Below are positions 36,194-46,307 of a stretch of 56,497 nt of DNA, piece by piece. Under the pieces are notes generated by a model, which saw only the letters and a program-made list of their open reading frames with translations, was not told the DNA's origin and made no database searches. The translations under genes and the position numbers were made by a program. This DNA is from an uncultured Clostridia bacterium. GTDB lineage: Bacteria > Bacillota > Clostridia > Peptostreptococcales > Anaerovoracaceae. The stretch lies in assembly GCA_946006945.1 (NCBI GenBank), contig CAMFZN010000001.1, positions 1 through 56,497 on the forward strand. Reading direction: 5' to 3'. The stretch's first letter is position 1; every line of letters begins with the position of its first letter.

Positions 36194-37303
36194 ATGACTG
36201 ACAGAGATTTCATGCTGAGAGCCATCGAACTTGCAGAGCGCGGACGCGGCTTTACCAATCCTAATCCGGTCGTTGGTGCCGTTGTTGTAAAGGATGGCAG
36301 AATCATTGGTGAGGGCTATCATGAGAAATACGGCCAGCTTCACGCCGAGAGGAATGCTCTCGCCTCGCTCACAGAGCCTGCCCTGGGTGCGACCATATAT
36401 GTGACTCTTGAGCCATGCTGCCATTATGGCAAAACCCCGCCATGCACCGAGGCGATAATCGAGCACGGACTTGCGAGGGTTGTCATCGGTTCGAGAGATC
36501 CCAATCCCAAGGTTGCGGGGAAGGGTGCCCGCATCCTGAGAGATCACGGAATAGATGTAACCGAGGACTTCATGATGGAGGAATGTGACAGACTTAACCC
36601 TGTATTCTTCCATTACATAACAACCGGACTTCCGTATCTTGTATGCAAGTACGCAATGACCGCTGACGGAAAGATAGCAACAAGAGAGGGGCTGTCCAAG
36701 TGGATAACAGGTGAGAAGGCAAGGGAGCATGTTCATAAGCTAAGACACAATCTGGCTTCAATAATGATAGGAATTGAGACTGTGTTAAAAGATGATCCGA
36801 TGCTTAATACAAGGATAGACGGTCTTACAAGTCCTGTCAGGGTAATCTGTGACAGCAGGCTGAGACTTCCTCCTGAATCCAATATCTGCCGGACTGCCGG
36901 GGAGCTTGAGACGATTGACGTCTGTGCTTTTGCACGAGAGGATGAAGATTATCTCACAAGGAAGAGCAATCTGGAGAAGAGAGGAGTTGAGGTTATTAAT
37001 CTTCCGGGTGACGACGGAAAGGTTGATCTTCGGAAGCTCATGCGTGTTCTCGGTGAGAGAAAGCTTGACAGTGTACTGCTCGAGGGAGGCGGCGCTCTTA
37101 ACGAGTCGGCCTTCAGAGCTGGAATTGTGAATGAGGTTCTTGTATATGTTGCTCCGAAGATTTTTGGAGGTAGTGACAGTCCGGGACCGGTTAGAGGGGT
37201 TGGCGTAAGCACACCTCAGGATGCATACGCTCTTAAGCTTAAGGATATTAGAAGATTTGACGAGGATATTCTGCTCGACTACCTTGTCAGAAAGGGGGAT
37301 TAG
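36194..37303 (+). CDS. ribD: bifunctional diaminohydroxyphosphoribosylaminopyrimidine deaminase / 5-amino-6-(5-phosphoribosylamino)uracil reductase
   Basis: ORF 36113..37303. ATG 36194 is preferred (GGAGA RBS, downstream of the terminator). It has the deaminase motifs HAERNAL and PCCHYGKTPPC, plus a reductase C-terminal half. Confidence 0.92.
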   Translation: MTDRDFMLRAIELAERGRGFTNPNPVVGAVVVKDGRIIGEGYHEKYGQLHAERNALASLTEPALGATIYVTLEPCCHYGKTPPCTEAIIEHGLARVVIGSRDPNPKVAGKGARILRDHGIDVTEDFMMEECDRLNPVFFHYITTGLPYLVCKYAMTADGKIATREGLSKWITGEKAREHVHKLRHNLASIMIGIETVLKDDPMLNTRIDGLTSPVRVICDSRLRLPPESNICRTAGELETIDVCAFAREDEDYLTRKSNLEKRGVEVINLPGDDGKVDLRKLMRVLGERKLDSVLLEGGGALNESAFRAGIVNEVLVYVAPKIFGGSDSPGPVRGVGVSTPQDAYALKLKDIRRFDEDILLDYLVRKGD

Positions 37304-37954
37304 ATGTTTACCGGAATCGTTGAGGAGAAGGGTATTATAAGAAGCCTTAACATTAACGGAAGCTCCGGAACCATTCGTATTGAGGCGAGGAAGGTTCTCG
37401 AGGGTACCTCAATTGGGGACAGTATTGCAGTCAACGGTATCTGTCTTACGGTTACCTCGATGGGTGACGGCTTCTTTACTGCCGATGTAATGGCTGAGAC
37501 TGTAAGGCGAAGCAGCCTCGGGAGTCTCTCTCAGGGAAGCGATGTTAATCTGGAAAGAGCTATGTCTGCCAATGGAAGATTCGGCGGTCATATCGTAAGC
37601 GGTCACATAGATGGCACCGGAACAGTAAGGTCTCTTCTAAGAGAGGAGAATGCGATATGGGTTACCATTGAGACTCCGCCGGAGATTCTTAAATATATAG
37701 TACACAAGGGTTCTATATGCATCGATGGAATAAGCCTTACCGTCGCATCCGTTGGAAGTGATAATTTCAAGGTATCTGTCATTCCTCATACAGGATCTGA
37801 GACCACACTTCTTTCGAAGAGGCCGGGATCTCCTGTTAATCTCGAGAATGACATAATCGCCAAATACGTGGAAAGACTTATGAATTATAAAGAAGAAGAG
37901 AATAACAGCTCTTCAGGTATCACAATGGAGATGCTTGCAGAGCTTGGAATATAG
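37304..37954 (+). CDS. ribE: riboflavin synthase (alpha chain)
   Basis: 216-aa ORF starting [10 protein letters not shown], with duplicated lumazine-binding halves ([13 protein letters not shown] / [12 protein letters not shown]). Confidence 0.92.
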   Translation: MFTGIVEEKGIIRSLNINGSSGTIRIEARKVLEGTSIGDSIAVNGICLTVTSMGDGFFTADVMAETVRRSSLGSLSQGSDVNLERAMSANGRFGGHIVSGHIDGTGTVRSLLREENAIWVTIETPPEILKYIVHKGSICIDGISLTVASVGSDNFKVSVIPHTGSETTLLSKRPGSPVNLENDIIAKYVERLMNYKEEENNSSSGITMEMLAELGI

Positions 37955-37962
37955 GAGGGAAC

Positions 37963-39174
37963 ATGGATTACAAATACAATACAATTGAAGAGGCTCTCGA
38001 TGCGCTCAGAGCCGGTGAGATTATTCTTGTAACAGACGACCCTGACAGAGAGAACGAGGGAGATATGATCTGCGCTGCCGAGTTCGCAACACAGGAAAAC
38101 ATCAACTTCATGGCATGTCACGCCAAGGGTCTCATATGTACACCTATGAGCTCAGACCTGGCTCACAAGCTTGGACTTCCTCAGATGGTATCTGAGAATA
38201 CCGATAATCATTCAACAGCCTTCACTGTTTCGATTGACCATGTGGATACAACAACAGGTATATCTGCAGCGGAAAGATCTCTTACAATGATGAAGCTTGT
38301 CGAAGAGGAGACAAAGCCGGGAGATCTCAGAAGACCTGGACACGTATTCCCGCTCGTAGCAAGACATGGCGGCGTTCTTGTAAGAAACGGTCATACCGAG
38401 GCGACAGTCGATCTCATGCGTCTTGCAGGTCTTAAGGAGTGCGGCATCTGCTGTGAGATCATGGAGGATGACGGTACCATGATGAGAACTCCTAACCTCT
38501 GGAAGCTTGCCGAGAAGTACAGCCTCAAGTTCATCACCATTAAAGAGCTTCAGGACTATATCCGTACAAATGAGAAGCACGTTGTAATGGAAGCTGACGC
38601 AGATATGCCTACACGATATGGACATTTTAAGGCCAAAGGATACGTCAACGACATCACAGGAGAGCATCACGTTGCTCTGGTGAAGGGTGATATCGGCGAC
38701 GGCGAGAACGTTCTTTGCAGAATCCATTCCGAGTGCCTTACAGGCGACACCTTCGGCTCACTCAGATGCGACTGCGGAAGCCAGCTTCAGAATGCAATGC
38801 GACTCATAGAGGAAGAGGGAAGAGGAGTTCTTCTTTACATGAGACAGGAGGGAAGAGGAATCGGACTTATTAACAAGCTCAAAGCCTATGAGCTCCAGGA
38901 GCAGGGTCTTGATACTGTAGAAGCAAATATCAGGCTTGGTTTTGCGCCTGACCTAAGAGAATACTGGGTAGGAGCACAGATCCTTCGAGACCTCGGAATA
39001 AAATCTCTTAGACTTCTAACCAACAATCCTGAGAAGGTATACGGAGTATCTGAGTTCGGTCTTGAGATTACAGAAAGAGTTCCTATCGAAATCGAGCCTC
39101 AGGAGTTCGACGAGTTCTATATGAGAACAAAGAAGGAGAAGATGGGCCATATTTTCAGAAAGATAAATCTTTAA
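37963..39174 (+). CDS. ribBA: bifunctional 3,4-dihydroxy-2-butanone-4-phosphate synthase / GTP cyclohydrolase II
   Basis: 403-aa ORF with DRENEGDMI (DHBP synthase) and [21 protein letters not shown] (GCH II zinc site). Confidence 0.92.
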   Translation: MDYKYNTIEEALDALRAGEIILVTDDPDRENEGDMICAAEFATQENINFMACHAKGLICTPMSSDLAHKLGLPQMVSENTDNHSTAFTVSIDHVDTTTGISAAERSLTMMKLVEEETKPGDLRRPGHVFPLVARHGGVLVRNGHTEATVDLMRLAGLKECGICCEIMEDDGTMMRTPNLWKLAEKYSLKFITIKELQDYIRTNEKHVVMEADADMPTRYGHFKAKGYVNDITGEHHVALVKGDIGDGENVLCRIHSECLTGDTFGSLRCDCGSQLQNAMRLIEEEGRGVLLYMRQEGRGIGLINKLKAYELQEQGLDTVEANIRLGFAPDLREYWVGAQILRDLGIKSLRLLTNNPEKVYGVSEFGLEITERVPIEIEPQEFDEFYMRTKKEKMGHIFRKINL

Positions 39175-39206
39175 TATTTAATAATCAAAACTGGAGGGTT
39201 TAAGAA

Positions 39207-39683
39207 ATGAGCAATATCAACATTATCGAAGGTAAGGTGGTCGCACCTTCCGGCATGAAGGTCGGAATTGTAGCAGCAAGATTCAATGAGATCATAGTAA
39301 ACAAGCTTCTTGGAGGAGCAGTTGACGGACTCGTTCGTCACGGAGTGGATGAGTGCAACATTACAGCAGCATGGGTTCCCGGAGCATTCGAGATTCCGGT
39401 TGCTGCAAAGAAAATGGCTGAGTCAGGCAAATACGATGCAGTTATCTGCGTAGGTGCAGTTATCAGAGGTGATACAACTCACTATGACTATGTGTGCAGT
39501 GAGGTTTCAAAGGGAATCGCTCATGTATCTCTCGATACAGGGGTTCCTGTAATGTTCGGAGTCATCACAACAGAAAACATTGAACAGGCAATCGCTCGCG
39601 CGGGAAGCAAGGCAGGAAACAAGGGATACGACTGCGCACTCGGTGCTATTGAGATGGTTAATCTTATCAGCAGCATGAAATAG
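39207..39683 (+). CDS. ribH: 6,7-dimethyl-8-ribityllumazine synthase
   Basis: 158-aa ORF with [19 protein letters not shown] and GVITT. Confidence 0.92.
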   Translation: MSNINIIEGKVVAPSGMKVGIVAARFNEIIVNKLLGGAVDGLVRHGVDECNITAAWVPGAFEIPVAAKKMAESGKYDAVICVGAVIRGDTTHYDYVCSEVSKGIAHVSLDTGVPVMFGVITTENIEQAIARAGSKAGNKGYDCALGAIEMVNLISSMK

Positions 39684-39699
39684 TAATTGATTAATCCAC

Positions 39700-39739
39700 A
39701 AAAAAAGGTGTTCACAAATCATTGTGAACACCTTTTTAT
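39700..39739. terminator. bidirectional intrinsic terminator between ribH and jag
   Basis: AAAGGTGTTCACA-AATCAT-TGTGAACACCTTT: a 13-bp perfect stem with flanking A and T runs. Confidence 0.9.
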
Positions 39740-39745
39740 TATATG

Positions 39746-40636
39746 CTACTTAGTATACTCGATGATAACCCTTCTGTAAGGATCTCTTCCCTCACTTCTT
39801 GTAGTCACGCATGGGTGGCTCTGAAGTGTGGCATGAATAACCTTTCTTTCGTAAGGATTCATTGGCTCGAGAGTTACAGTCTTGCGGCTTTTCTCAACCT
39901 TCTTTGCGAGCTTGTTCGCAAGATTGATGAGAGTCTTCTCTCTCTTCTCTCTGTAATTCTCTGCATCAAGAACAACTCTTGTATAGCTGCCGCCATCCTT
40001 GTTGACAACGTAGCTTGCAAGGCACTGAACCGCGTCAAGTGTCTGACCTCTCTTGCCGATGATAGTAGCGGTATCCTTACCCTTAATCTCTACATATACA
40101 ATATCATCGCCTGTCTTTACATCGAATGAAAGATCTATTCCCATCTTCTCAGCGATATCGCTCAGGAACACCTTTACTGGATGATCTTCAACCGGTGTAA
40201 GGTCATTTACATCGTAGAGCAGAGTCTCTTCAGGATAATACTCTACGCTGCTTTTGTTCTTGGCTCTCTTGCCTCTTCTGTCTCTTCTTTCTTTCTTCTG
40301 CTGCTTAGCCCTAGCTTTTGCATCCTCGCGCTCTTCAGCTTCGAATTTATCGTAATCCTCTCTAACATCGTCTGGAAGAGCTGCTGCTCTGTTCTCCGGA
40401 AGATTAGCGAGGATTGCATCAATGTCGTCAAATGTAGCTTTTTCTTTAACAACTTTTTCAGCTGTTTCCTTAGCTGTTACTCTAACCCTTGCAAGTTTAG
40501 AACCGATACCTAAGAATCCATTTGATGATTCCTCAAGAACCTCAACATCAACATCATCTATTGAGAGCTTCAGCTCCTTTAAAGCAAGATTAACAGCAGT
40601 ATCTACATCGACTCCCCATTTCTCTGAAGATCTCAT
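39746..40636 (-). CDS. khpB: Jag/KhpB RNA-binding protein (Jag_N, KH and R3H domains)
   Basis: 296-aa ORF with a K/E-rich linker and the C-terminal R3H motif LEPMNPYERKVIHATL. It lies downstream of yidC as in other Firmicutes. Confidence 0.85.
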   Translation of the reverse strand: MRSSEKWGVDVDTAVNLALKELKLSIDDVDVEVLEESSNGFLGIGSKLARVRVTAKETAEKVVKEKATFDDIDAILANLPENRAAALPDDVREDYDKFEAEEREDAKARAKQQKKERRDRRGKRAKNKSSVEYYPEETLLYDVNDLTPVEDHPVKVFLSDIAEKMGIDLSFDVKTGDDIVYVEIKGKDTATIIGKRGQTLDAVQCLASYVVNKDGGSYTRVVLDAENYREKREKTLINLANKLAKKVEKSRKTVTLEPMNPYERKVIHATLQSHPCVTTRSEGRDPYRRVIIEYTK

Positions 40637-40641
40637 AGTAT

Positions 40642-41382
40642 TTACTGATTTCCTTTCATTCTTGCTCTCTTCTTCTTAATGAGTTCCTTCTCTGCTCTCT
40701 CAACGAGCTTCTTGTGCTCCTGCTCCTCCTGAATCTTCTTTCTAACTGTATTCATGTGGAGGTTGAGGAATATCTGTATAAACTGACCGCAAGCCCAATA
40801 TAGAGCAAGTCCTGCCGGGTATGATCTTGCGAGCCAAAGGATACTCAGTGGGAAGAAATACTTCATAATCATGTTCATCGACTTCGCCTGTCCCATGTCA
40901 GCACCTGTAAGGTTCTGAGTCATTGAAAACGCGAAGAAGGTAGCAGCTCCGGCTGCAATCGGAAGAATCCATCTGTCCGGCTGAGCGAGGTCGTTTATCC
41001 AAAGAAACGGCTCATGAGCTGCGAACATGCCGTTAGGCATGTACTGCATTGGATTTCTCAGAAGTGCAAAAAGTCCCATGATGATAGGGAACTGAATCAG
41101 CATCGGAAGACATCCCGCCATAGGATTGAAGTTCTCCTGCTGGTACAGATCCTGCAGAGCCTGCTGCTGCTTCACCTTGTCATCTGCATACTTGCGCTGA
41201 ATCTCCTGAGTCTTCTCAGAAATATTCTGCATTCCTGCAGTTGACTTAACCTGCTTGATGTACAGTGGGTAAAGACAGATTTTTACTATAGCAGTTAACA
41301 CAATAAGTGAGACTCCATAGTTGCCAATCAGACCATATATCCACATCAAAAGATATCCAAGTGGTTTAGCTATTATTCCCAT
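40642..41382 (-). CDS. yidC: YidC/Oxa1 family membrane protein insertase
   Basis: 246-aa ORF with the conserved PMAGCLPMLIQFPI region and a basic C-terminal tail. Confidence 0.9.
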   Translation of the reverse strand: MGIIAKPLGYLLMWIYGLIGNYGVSLIVLTAIVKICLYPLYIKQVKSTAGMQNISEKTQEIQRKYADDKVKQQQALQDLYQQENFNPMAGCLPMLIQFPIIMGLFALLRNPMQYMPNGMFAAHEPFLWINDLAQPDRWILPIAAGAATFFAFSMTQNLTGADMGQAKSMNMIMKYFFPLSILWLARSYPAGLALYWACGQFIQIFLNLHMNTVRKKIQEEQEHKKLVERAEKELIKKKRARMKGNQ

Positions 41383-41397
41383 TTAATTACTCCTGCA

Positions 41398-41628
41398 TTA
41401 AGGCAGAGGATCGTATCCGCCGGGATGACCCGGATGACATTTCAGGATTCTCTTTATTCCCAGATAGCTTCCCTTAATAAAACCATACTTCTCCAGAGCC
41501 TGAAGAAAATATGTGCTGCACGTAGGATAGAACCTGCATGTAGGAGGAAACAGAGGGGAGATAAACATCCTGTATCCTCTGATCAATAGTATTAAAATAT
41601 TCTTCGGTAGATTCTTAATATTCTTCAT
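41398..41628 (-). CDS. yidD: membrane protein insertion efficiency factor YidD
   Basis: 76-aa ORF with [10 protein letters not shown] and [11 protein letters not shown]. Confidence 0.9.
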   Translation of the reverse strand: MKNIKNLPKNILILLIRGYRMFISPLFPPTCRFYPTCSTYFLQALEKYGFIKGSYLGIKRILKCHPGHPGGYDPLP

Positions 41629-41640
41629 ATCTCTGATTAA

Positions 41641-41985
41641 TCAGGCCTCAAAAAGTCCGGCCGCTCTAATTGCACCAAACATTGCTCTTCTTACTTCATC
41701 ACACTTGCAGTCTGTGATCCCGTTTCTTGCAACGAAAATCACGTCGTAGCCCGGAGCAATCCTTCTGTCCATTGTTCTGTAAGCTTCTCTCATAAGCCTT
41801 CTTGCTCTGTTTCTCTGAACACTGTTACCAACCTTCTTGCTGGCAACATATGCAAAACGGCTGTAATCAAGCCCGTTTTTCTTGTACAGAACTACCGCAA
41901 ATCTGCAGCCTTTGGATTTGCCCCTGTTATATACAGCTACAAAACTCCGTTGATTTCTCAAAGTAAGCTTGTATGACTTCCTCAT
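41641..41985 (-). CDS. rnpA: ribonuclease P protein component
   Basis: 114-aa basic ORF with the RNR-like motif VASKKVGNSVQRNRARRLMREA, directly downstream of rpmH. Confidence 0.9.
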   Translation of the reverse strand: MRKSYKLTLRNQRSFVAVYNRGKSKGCRFAVVLYKKNGLDYSRFAYVASKKVGNSVQRNRARRLMREAYRTMDRRIAPGYDVIFVARNGITDCKCDEVRRAMFGAIRAAGLFEA

Positions 41986-42005
41986 TATTCAGATACCTGA
42001 CAATA

Positions 42006-42140
42006 TTAAGCTGTAAGGCTCTTTCTACCTCTAGCTCTTCTTCTCTTGAGAACCTTTCTTCCGTTAGCAGTTGACATTCTCTTTCTGAATCCGTGCTCCT
42101 TAAGACGCTGTCTCTTCTTTGGCTGATATGTTCTTTTCAT
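42006..42140 (-). CDS. rpmH: 50S ribosomal protein L34
   Basis: Not in the ORF track because it is under 60 aa. Hand translation gives [44 protein letters not shown] (44 aa). RBS AAAGGAG. Confidence 0.95.
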   Translation of the reverse strand: MKRTYQPKKRQRLKEHGFRKRMSTANGRKVLKRRRARGRKSLTA

Positions 42141-42216
42141 TTCATTTCTCCTTTCATATCTCTGAATGATATAATCAACACATGCCTTCTAAATTACATA
42201 GGCATAATACCGAGAT

Positions 42217-42245
42217 ATTCTATATTAAAGAAGATCAAAAGTCAA
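42217..42245 (-). promoter_or_regulatory. rpmH-rnpA operon promoter
   Basis: On the minus strand: TTGACT (42245-42240), 17-nt spacer, TAGAAT (42222-42217). Confidence 0.6.
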
Positions 42246-42311
42246 TCTTTAGTGCCTCAACCTTCACTTTTTGGTGCGACAAAAATTTTTTATATTTTTT
42301 CAAAAATAAAG

Positions 42312-42438
42312 TTATACACAATATCTTGTACCTGTGGAAATTATTAACAACTTTTTCCACAATATGTGCATAACTTTCTTTTTGGAGGTTCAAAATATTG
42401 ATAAATCAGCCTTTTCTGTCATTTGCACATGTGGAAAA
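42312..42438. other. oriC left part: DnaA-box cluster upstream of dnaA
   Basis: Matches to TTATCCACA or its complement: TTATACACA 42312-42320 (8/9), TGTGGAAAT 42333-42341 (7/9), TTTTCCACA 42353-42361 (8/9), TGTGCATAA 42365-42373 (8/9), TGTGGAAAA 42430-42438 (8/9). An AT-rich tract lies at 42270-42310. Confidence 0.75.
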
Positions 42439-42451
42439 AATTATGTAAAAT
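42423..42451 (+). promoter_or_regulatory. candidate dnaA promoter overlapped by a DnaA box
   Basis: TTGCAC (42423-42428), 17-nt spacer, TAAAAT (42446-42451). The box TGTGGAAAA at 42430-42438 lies in the spacer. Confidence 0.5.
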
Positions 42452-42492
42452 TACCATATTCGCTGAAGGAGGCTATTTTGGATAATAACAAG

Positions 42493-43818
42493 ATGTGGGA
42501 TGCTTTCACCAATGCGATGAAAGCCAATACGAATGACTATTCATATTCTACCTGGTTCTCTCCACTCTATCTTAAGAATGTAGATGAAGAGCTGGGACTT
42601 ATTTATATTGCATCAAAAGAAACTTTTAATGTTGAATTCCTCAAGAATAATTACATGCCTATCATTGAGAAGACATTCAACACTCTCACTGACAAAAACT
42701 ACAAGATAATTATCAAGCATGAGAATGATTTCGGCGATAAGCCTGCCAAGAAGTCAAAATCTGTCAAAAATGAATTCACCGAAGAGAACATCTTCAATCC
42801 AAGATTCACTTTTGACAATTTTGTTGTAGGCTCAAGCAACAAGTTCGCACACGCTGCATCACTTGCAGTTGCCGAGGTTCCGGGTGAGGCCTACAATCCT
42901 CTTTTTATATACGGAGGTTCGGGACTTGGAAAGACTCATCTTATGCAGGCAATAGGTGTTCACATTGGAAGAACAAGACCGGATTACAATGTTCTTTATG
43001 TTTCATCAGAGATGTTCACTAATGAGCTTATCAAAGCAATCAGAGAGAACAAGACGAGAAGCTTCAGAAACAAATACAGAAAGGTTGATGTTCTTCTCAT
43101 TGACGATATTCAGTTCCTTCAGGGCAAGGAATCTATACAGGAGGAGTTCTTCCATACATTTAATACTCTTCACGAGAACAACAAGCAGATAGTTATTACT
43201 TCTGACTGTCCTCCTGTTAATCTGAAGGATCTGGATGAGAGACTGAGGACAAGATTCTCATGGAACATGATAGCTGACATTCAGCCGCCTGACTATGAGA
43301 CAAGACTATCGATTCTTTATAATTTTGCAGAGAAATCTGATGTGGAGCTTACTCCTGAGGTTAACGAGGTATGCTGCCTTATAGCAGATCTTATCAAGGA
43401 TAATATTAGAGAGCTTGAGGGAGCATGGAGCCGTGTTCTTGGTTTCTCAAAGCTTATAGGAACAGACATCAGCCTGGATAATGCCAAGAAAGTTCTAAAT
43501 GATCTTCTTGCCAATCAGGAGGAGATGATTGCTCCTGAAAGAATAAAGGCAGTCGTTGCACAGCATTTCAATATTACTGTTGCAGACATGGATTCTCCTA
43601 AGAGAAAGGCTGAGATTAACTTCCCAAGGCAGATTGCCATGTATCTGATTCGAAATTATGTCGACATCTCGCTGCCTAAGATAGGAAAGCTTTTCGGCGA
43701 CAGACATTACTCCACAGTAATACATGCCGTTGAGAAGATTGAGAAGGATCTTGGCAAAAATGAATATCTCAGAACCGAGATAGATGCGATAAAGAAGAAG
43801 CTTAATCTAACCAAATAG
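42493..43818 (+). CDS. dnaA: chromosomal replication initiator protein DnaA
   Basis: ORF 42334..43818. The start is placed at ATG 42493 (MWDAFTNAMK...). An alternative is TTG 42478, 5 nt after GGAGG. It has Walker A GGSGLGKTHL, the sensor motifs, and the C-terminal DNA-binding helix DRHYSTVIHA. Confidence 0.95.
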   Translation: MWDAFTNAMKANTNDYSYSTWFSPLYLKNVDEELGLIYIASKETFNVEFLKNNYMPIIEKTFNTLTDKNYKIIIKHENDFGDKPAKKSKSVKNEFTEENIFNPRFTFDNFVVGSSNKFAHAASLAVAEVPGEAYNPLFIYGGSGLGKTHLMQAIGVHIGRTRPDYNVLYVSSEMFTNELIKAIRENKTRSFRNKYRKVDVLLIDDIQFLQGKESIQEEFFHTFNTLHENNKQIVITSDCPPVNLKDLDERLRTRFSWNMIADIQPPDYETRLSILYNFAEKSDVELTPEVNEVCCLIADLIKDNIRELEGAWSRVLGFSKLIGTDISLDNAKKVLNDLLANQEEMIAPERIKAVVAQHFNITVADMDSPKRKAEINFPRQIAMYLIRNYVDISLPKIGKLFGDRHYSTVIHAVEKIEKDLGKNEYLRTEIDAIKKKLNLTK

Positions 43819-43829
43819 TTTTGCACATT

Positions 43830-43966
43830 TTTTCCACAGGCTTATCAATAAGCTTTTCAACATGTTTTTGCTTCAAAAACTGCCGAGTTTTCTGGGGTTT
43901 TGAGAGTTTTCCACAATTTCCACAACCCCTACTAATACTACTAAAATATATAAATAATAAAAAAAG
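43830..43966. other. oriC right part: DnaA boxes, GC cluster, DnaA-trio-like repeats and AT-rich unwinding element
   Basis: TTTTCCACA 43830-43838; TTATCAATA 43842-43850 (7/9). Tandem TTTTCCACA 43907-43915 and ATTTCCACA 43916-43924. Then ACCCC (43925-43929), TAC TAA TAC TAC TAA (43930-43944), and AAATATATAAATAATAAAAAAA running up to the dnaN RBS. Confidence 0.8.
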
Positions 43967-43975
43967 GTGTGACCA

Positions 43976-45079
43976 ATGAAAGTTTACTGTAACAGAACAG
44001 AGTTAAACAGAGCATTAAACAATGTATCCCACGCAGTTCCTACAAGAACTACATCTCCCATTCTGGAGGGAATATATTTCAGATATGATGGCGAGAAGCT
44101 TGTAATAAAAGCAACTGATACAACTATCACAATCGCAGCAACAATATCGGTTGATGGTGAAGGAAGTTTTGCATTCGTAGCACCTTCCAGACTTATCACT
44201 GCTATTGTAAGTAAGCTTCCTGAGGAGGATATCTCTTTCGACTTTGATCCTTCCGGCAACAAGCTGACTATCGTAAGCGGATTCTCTGTGACTGAAATCA
44301 TGTGTTTCAATTCGGATGAATTTCCTGAACTTATGATTAACGAGATATCAGATACTATAGTTCTTAATAAAGAAGATATAAAGACTCTTATCAGAAAAAC
44401 TGCTTTCTCTGCAAGCACTGAAGATTACAATGGTGTTATGACCGGTGTTCTCCTTGAAGTTGCTGAAGGCCTTATGAGAATGGTAGCAGTTAATCCGTTC
44501 AGAATAGCAACATATTCTGTTGATGTTACCAGTGATACAAGCCTTAATGTAATCATTCCTGCTAAACTGGCAATAGATATTGCAAAGATTATTAGCGATG
44601 AAGGTGATCAGGAGCTTGTAATGAAGCTTTCAGGCAATAAGGTTATTCTTGATTTCGATAACCTTGAGGTAATCGTCAATACTGTTAACGGAAGATTCAT
44701 AGATTACAAGAGAATCATCAGCAAGCAGGGTCCTATCTCTGTAAGGGTAAAGAGACAGGAGCTTCTTAGAAGTATCGACAGAGCAGCTCTTCTTACTAAT
44801 GTTAAGAACAACAATCTTATCAGAATGAACATTACTGACAATACTCTCTATATCAAGTCACTTTCTGACGAGGGTAAGATTGATGAGCAGGTTGAAATAA
44901 TCAAGGATGGCGAGGATCTTGTTATCGGAATGAATGCCAAGTATTTCAAAGATGTTCTGAGTGTTCTTGAGGATGAAGAGATTATTCTTCACTTTAAGGA
45001 TCAGATAAGCGCATGCATCATTACACCTCTTAAGGGTGAGAAGTACCGTTATCTGGTTCTTCCAATCAGAATCAATTAG
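43976..45079 (+). CDS. dnaN: DNA polymerase III subunit beta (sliding clamp)
   Basis: 367-aa ORF directly after dnaA. The N-terminus reads MKVYCNRTELNRALNNVSHAVPTRTTSPILEGIYF and the length is three-domain clamp-like. Confidence 0.92.
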   Translation: MKVYCNRTELNRALNNVSHAVPTRTTSPILEGIYFRYDGEKLVIKATDTTITIAATISVDGEGSFAFVAPSRLITAIVSKLPEEDISFDFDPSGNKLTIVSGFSVTEIMCFNSDEFPELMINEISDTIVLNKEDIKTLIRKTAFSASTEDYNGVMTGVLLEVAEGLMRMVAVNPFRIATYSVDVTSDTSLNVIIPAKLAIDIAKIISDEGDQELVMKLSGNKVILDFDNLEVIVNTVNGRFIDYKRIISKQGPISVRVKRQELLRSIDRAALLTNVKNNNLIRMNITDNTLYIKSLSDEGKIDEQVEIIKDGEDLVIGMNAKYFKDVLSVLEDEEIILHFKDQISACIITPLKGEKYRYLVLPIRIN

Positions 45080-45090
45080 CTTCCACATAC

Positions 45091-45124
45091 AAAACTCCGG
45101 CCTGATTGTCCCGGAGTTTTATTG
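45091..45124 (+). terminator. intrinsic terminator after dnaN
   Basis: AAAACTCCGG-10 nt-CCGGAGTTTT followed by ATTG. The stem is 10 bp including A-T pairs. Confidence 0.7.
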
Positions 45125-45183
45125 TAGCTTTTTTGCATTTCATCTATGTAATCAGCGCTGCATTATCGTGTATAATGTAGGGT

Positions 45184-46275
45184 ATGAAAATTAACAGTCT
45201 GTCTTTAAGAAATTTCAGAAATTATGAGTCTCTCGACATTTCTTTCAATCCCTCGAGGAATATTATCGTGGGAGAGAATGCTCAGGGGAAGACGAATCTT
45301 GTCGAGTCGGTGTACATGTGCTCTTTTGCACGGAGCTTCCGTACATCCAATTCGACTGACCTTGTAATGTTCGGAAAGGACATGTGTCTGATCTCGGCTG
45401 ATATCGAAAGCAGCTCATTCGACAGAAAGATAGGAATATCGGTCACTCGCCAGGGCAAAAAGATGATTAAGAAGGACGGGAAGCCTGTCAGCAGGACCGC
45501 AGAGCTTCTCAATAATCTGGTCGTCGTGATTTTCTCCCCGGAGGATTTAAGAATAATTAAAGATAGTCCTGACAAAAGGCGTAATTTCATCAACAAGGAG
45601 ATCAGCCAGCTGAGACCGCGTTACTTCGAATGCCTGAAGAATTATAATGATGCTCTTAAGCAGAAGAATGCTCTTCTTAAGAATGACGTGATAATGGATG
45701 AAATGCTTGATATATATGACAGCCAGCTTGCGTATAACGGGTATGAGCTTGTCAAGTACAGGAGGAATTTCGTCGATAAGCTTTCTGCATGCTCCTCAGA
45801 GCTTCAAAGCAGAATATCTCAGGGAAGGGAGACTCTTGAGATTACTTACAGTGAATCGTGCAGAGCAGATTCAGCAGAGCAGATGATGGCTGAGTTTGCC
45901 GCCTCGCGTGAAAAGGATAGAATGTACAGAAGTGCTTCTATTGGACCTCACAGAGATGATCTTGAATTCTTCATTAACGGAAAGGATGCAAGAAAGTTCG
46001 GTTCTCAGGGACAGCAGAGAACCATTGCTCTTTGCATGAAGCTTGCTGAGGTAAGAATTGCGAGAGATGTTCTTATGGAGAACCCGGTTCTGATTCTTGA
46101 TGACGTTCTTTCGGAGCTTGATATTGAGAGACAGAAGTTTCTTCTCAAAGAAATAGATGATGTTCAGCTTTTTATCACATCTACGGAGCTTGGAGATGAG
46201 ATGATATCTGAAATGAAGGATGCTTCAATATTTAATGTTTCATGTGGTAATATTACAGAATCCACTAATGTGTGA
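45184..46275 (+). CDS. recF: DNA replication/repair protein RecF
   Basis: 363-aa ORF with the N-terminus LSLRNFRNYESLDISF, Walker A GENAQGKTN, the signature FGSQGQQRT and Walker B LILDDVLSELD. Confidence 0.92.
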   Translation: MKINSLSLRNFRNYESLDISFNPSRNIIVGENAQGKTNLVESVYMCSFARSFRTSNSTDLVMFGKDMCLISADIESSSFDRKIGISVTRQGKKMIKKDGKPVSRTAELLNNLVVVIFSPEDLRIIKDSPDKRRNFINKEISQLRPRYFECLKNYNDALKQKNALLKNDVIMDEMLDIYDSQLAYNGYELVKYRRNFVDKLSACSSELQSRISQGRETLEITYSESCRADSAEQMMAEFAASREKDRMYRSASIGPHRDDLEFFINGKDARKFGSQGQQRTIALCMKLAEVRIARDVLMENPVLILDDVLSELDIERQKFLLKEIDDVQLFITSTELGDEMISEMKDASIFNVSCGNITESTNV

Positions 46276-46307
46276 CATATTAACAGATACAGATAAGGAG
46301 TTTTTGC

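Noticed and set aside
42093-42492. ORFs 42093..42347 and 42182..42373, and the 53-codon N-terminal extension of the dnaA ORF (from 42334)
   Set aside because: They lie in the AT-rich DnaA-box region of oriC and have no RBS. The conserved DnaA N-terminus begins at MWDAF (42493), with GGAGG upstream at 42468-42472.
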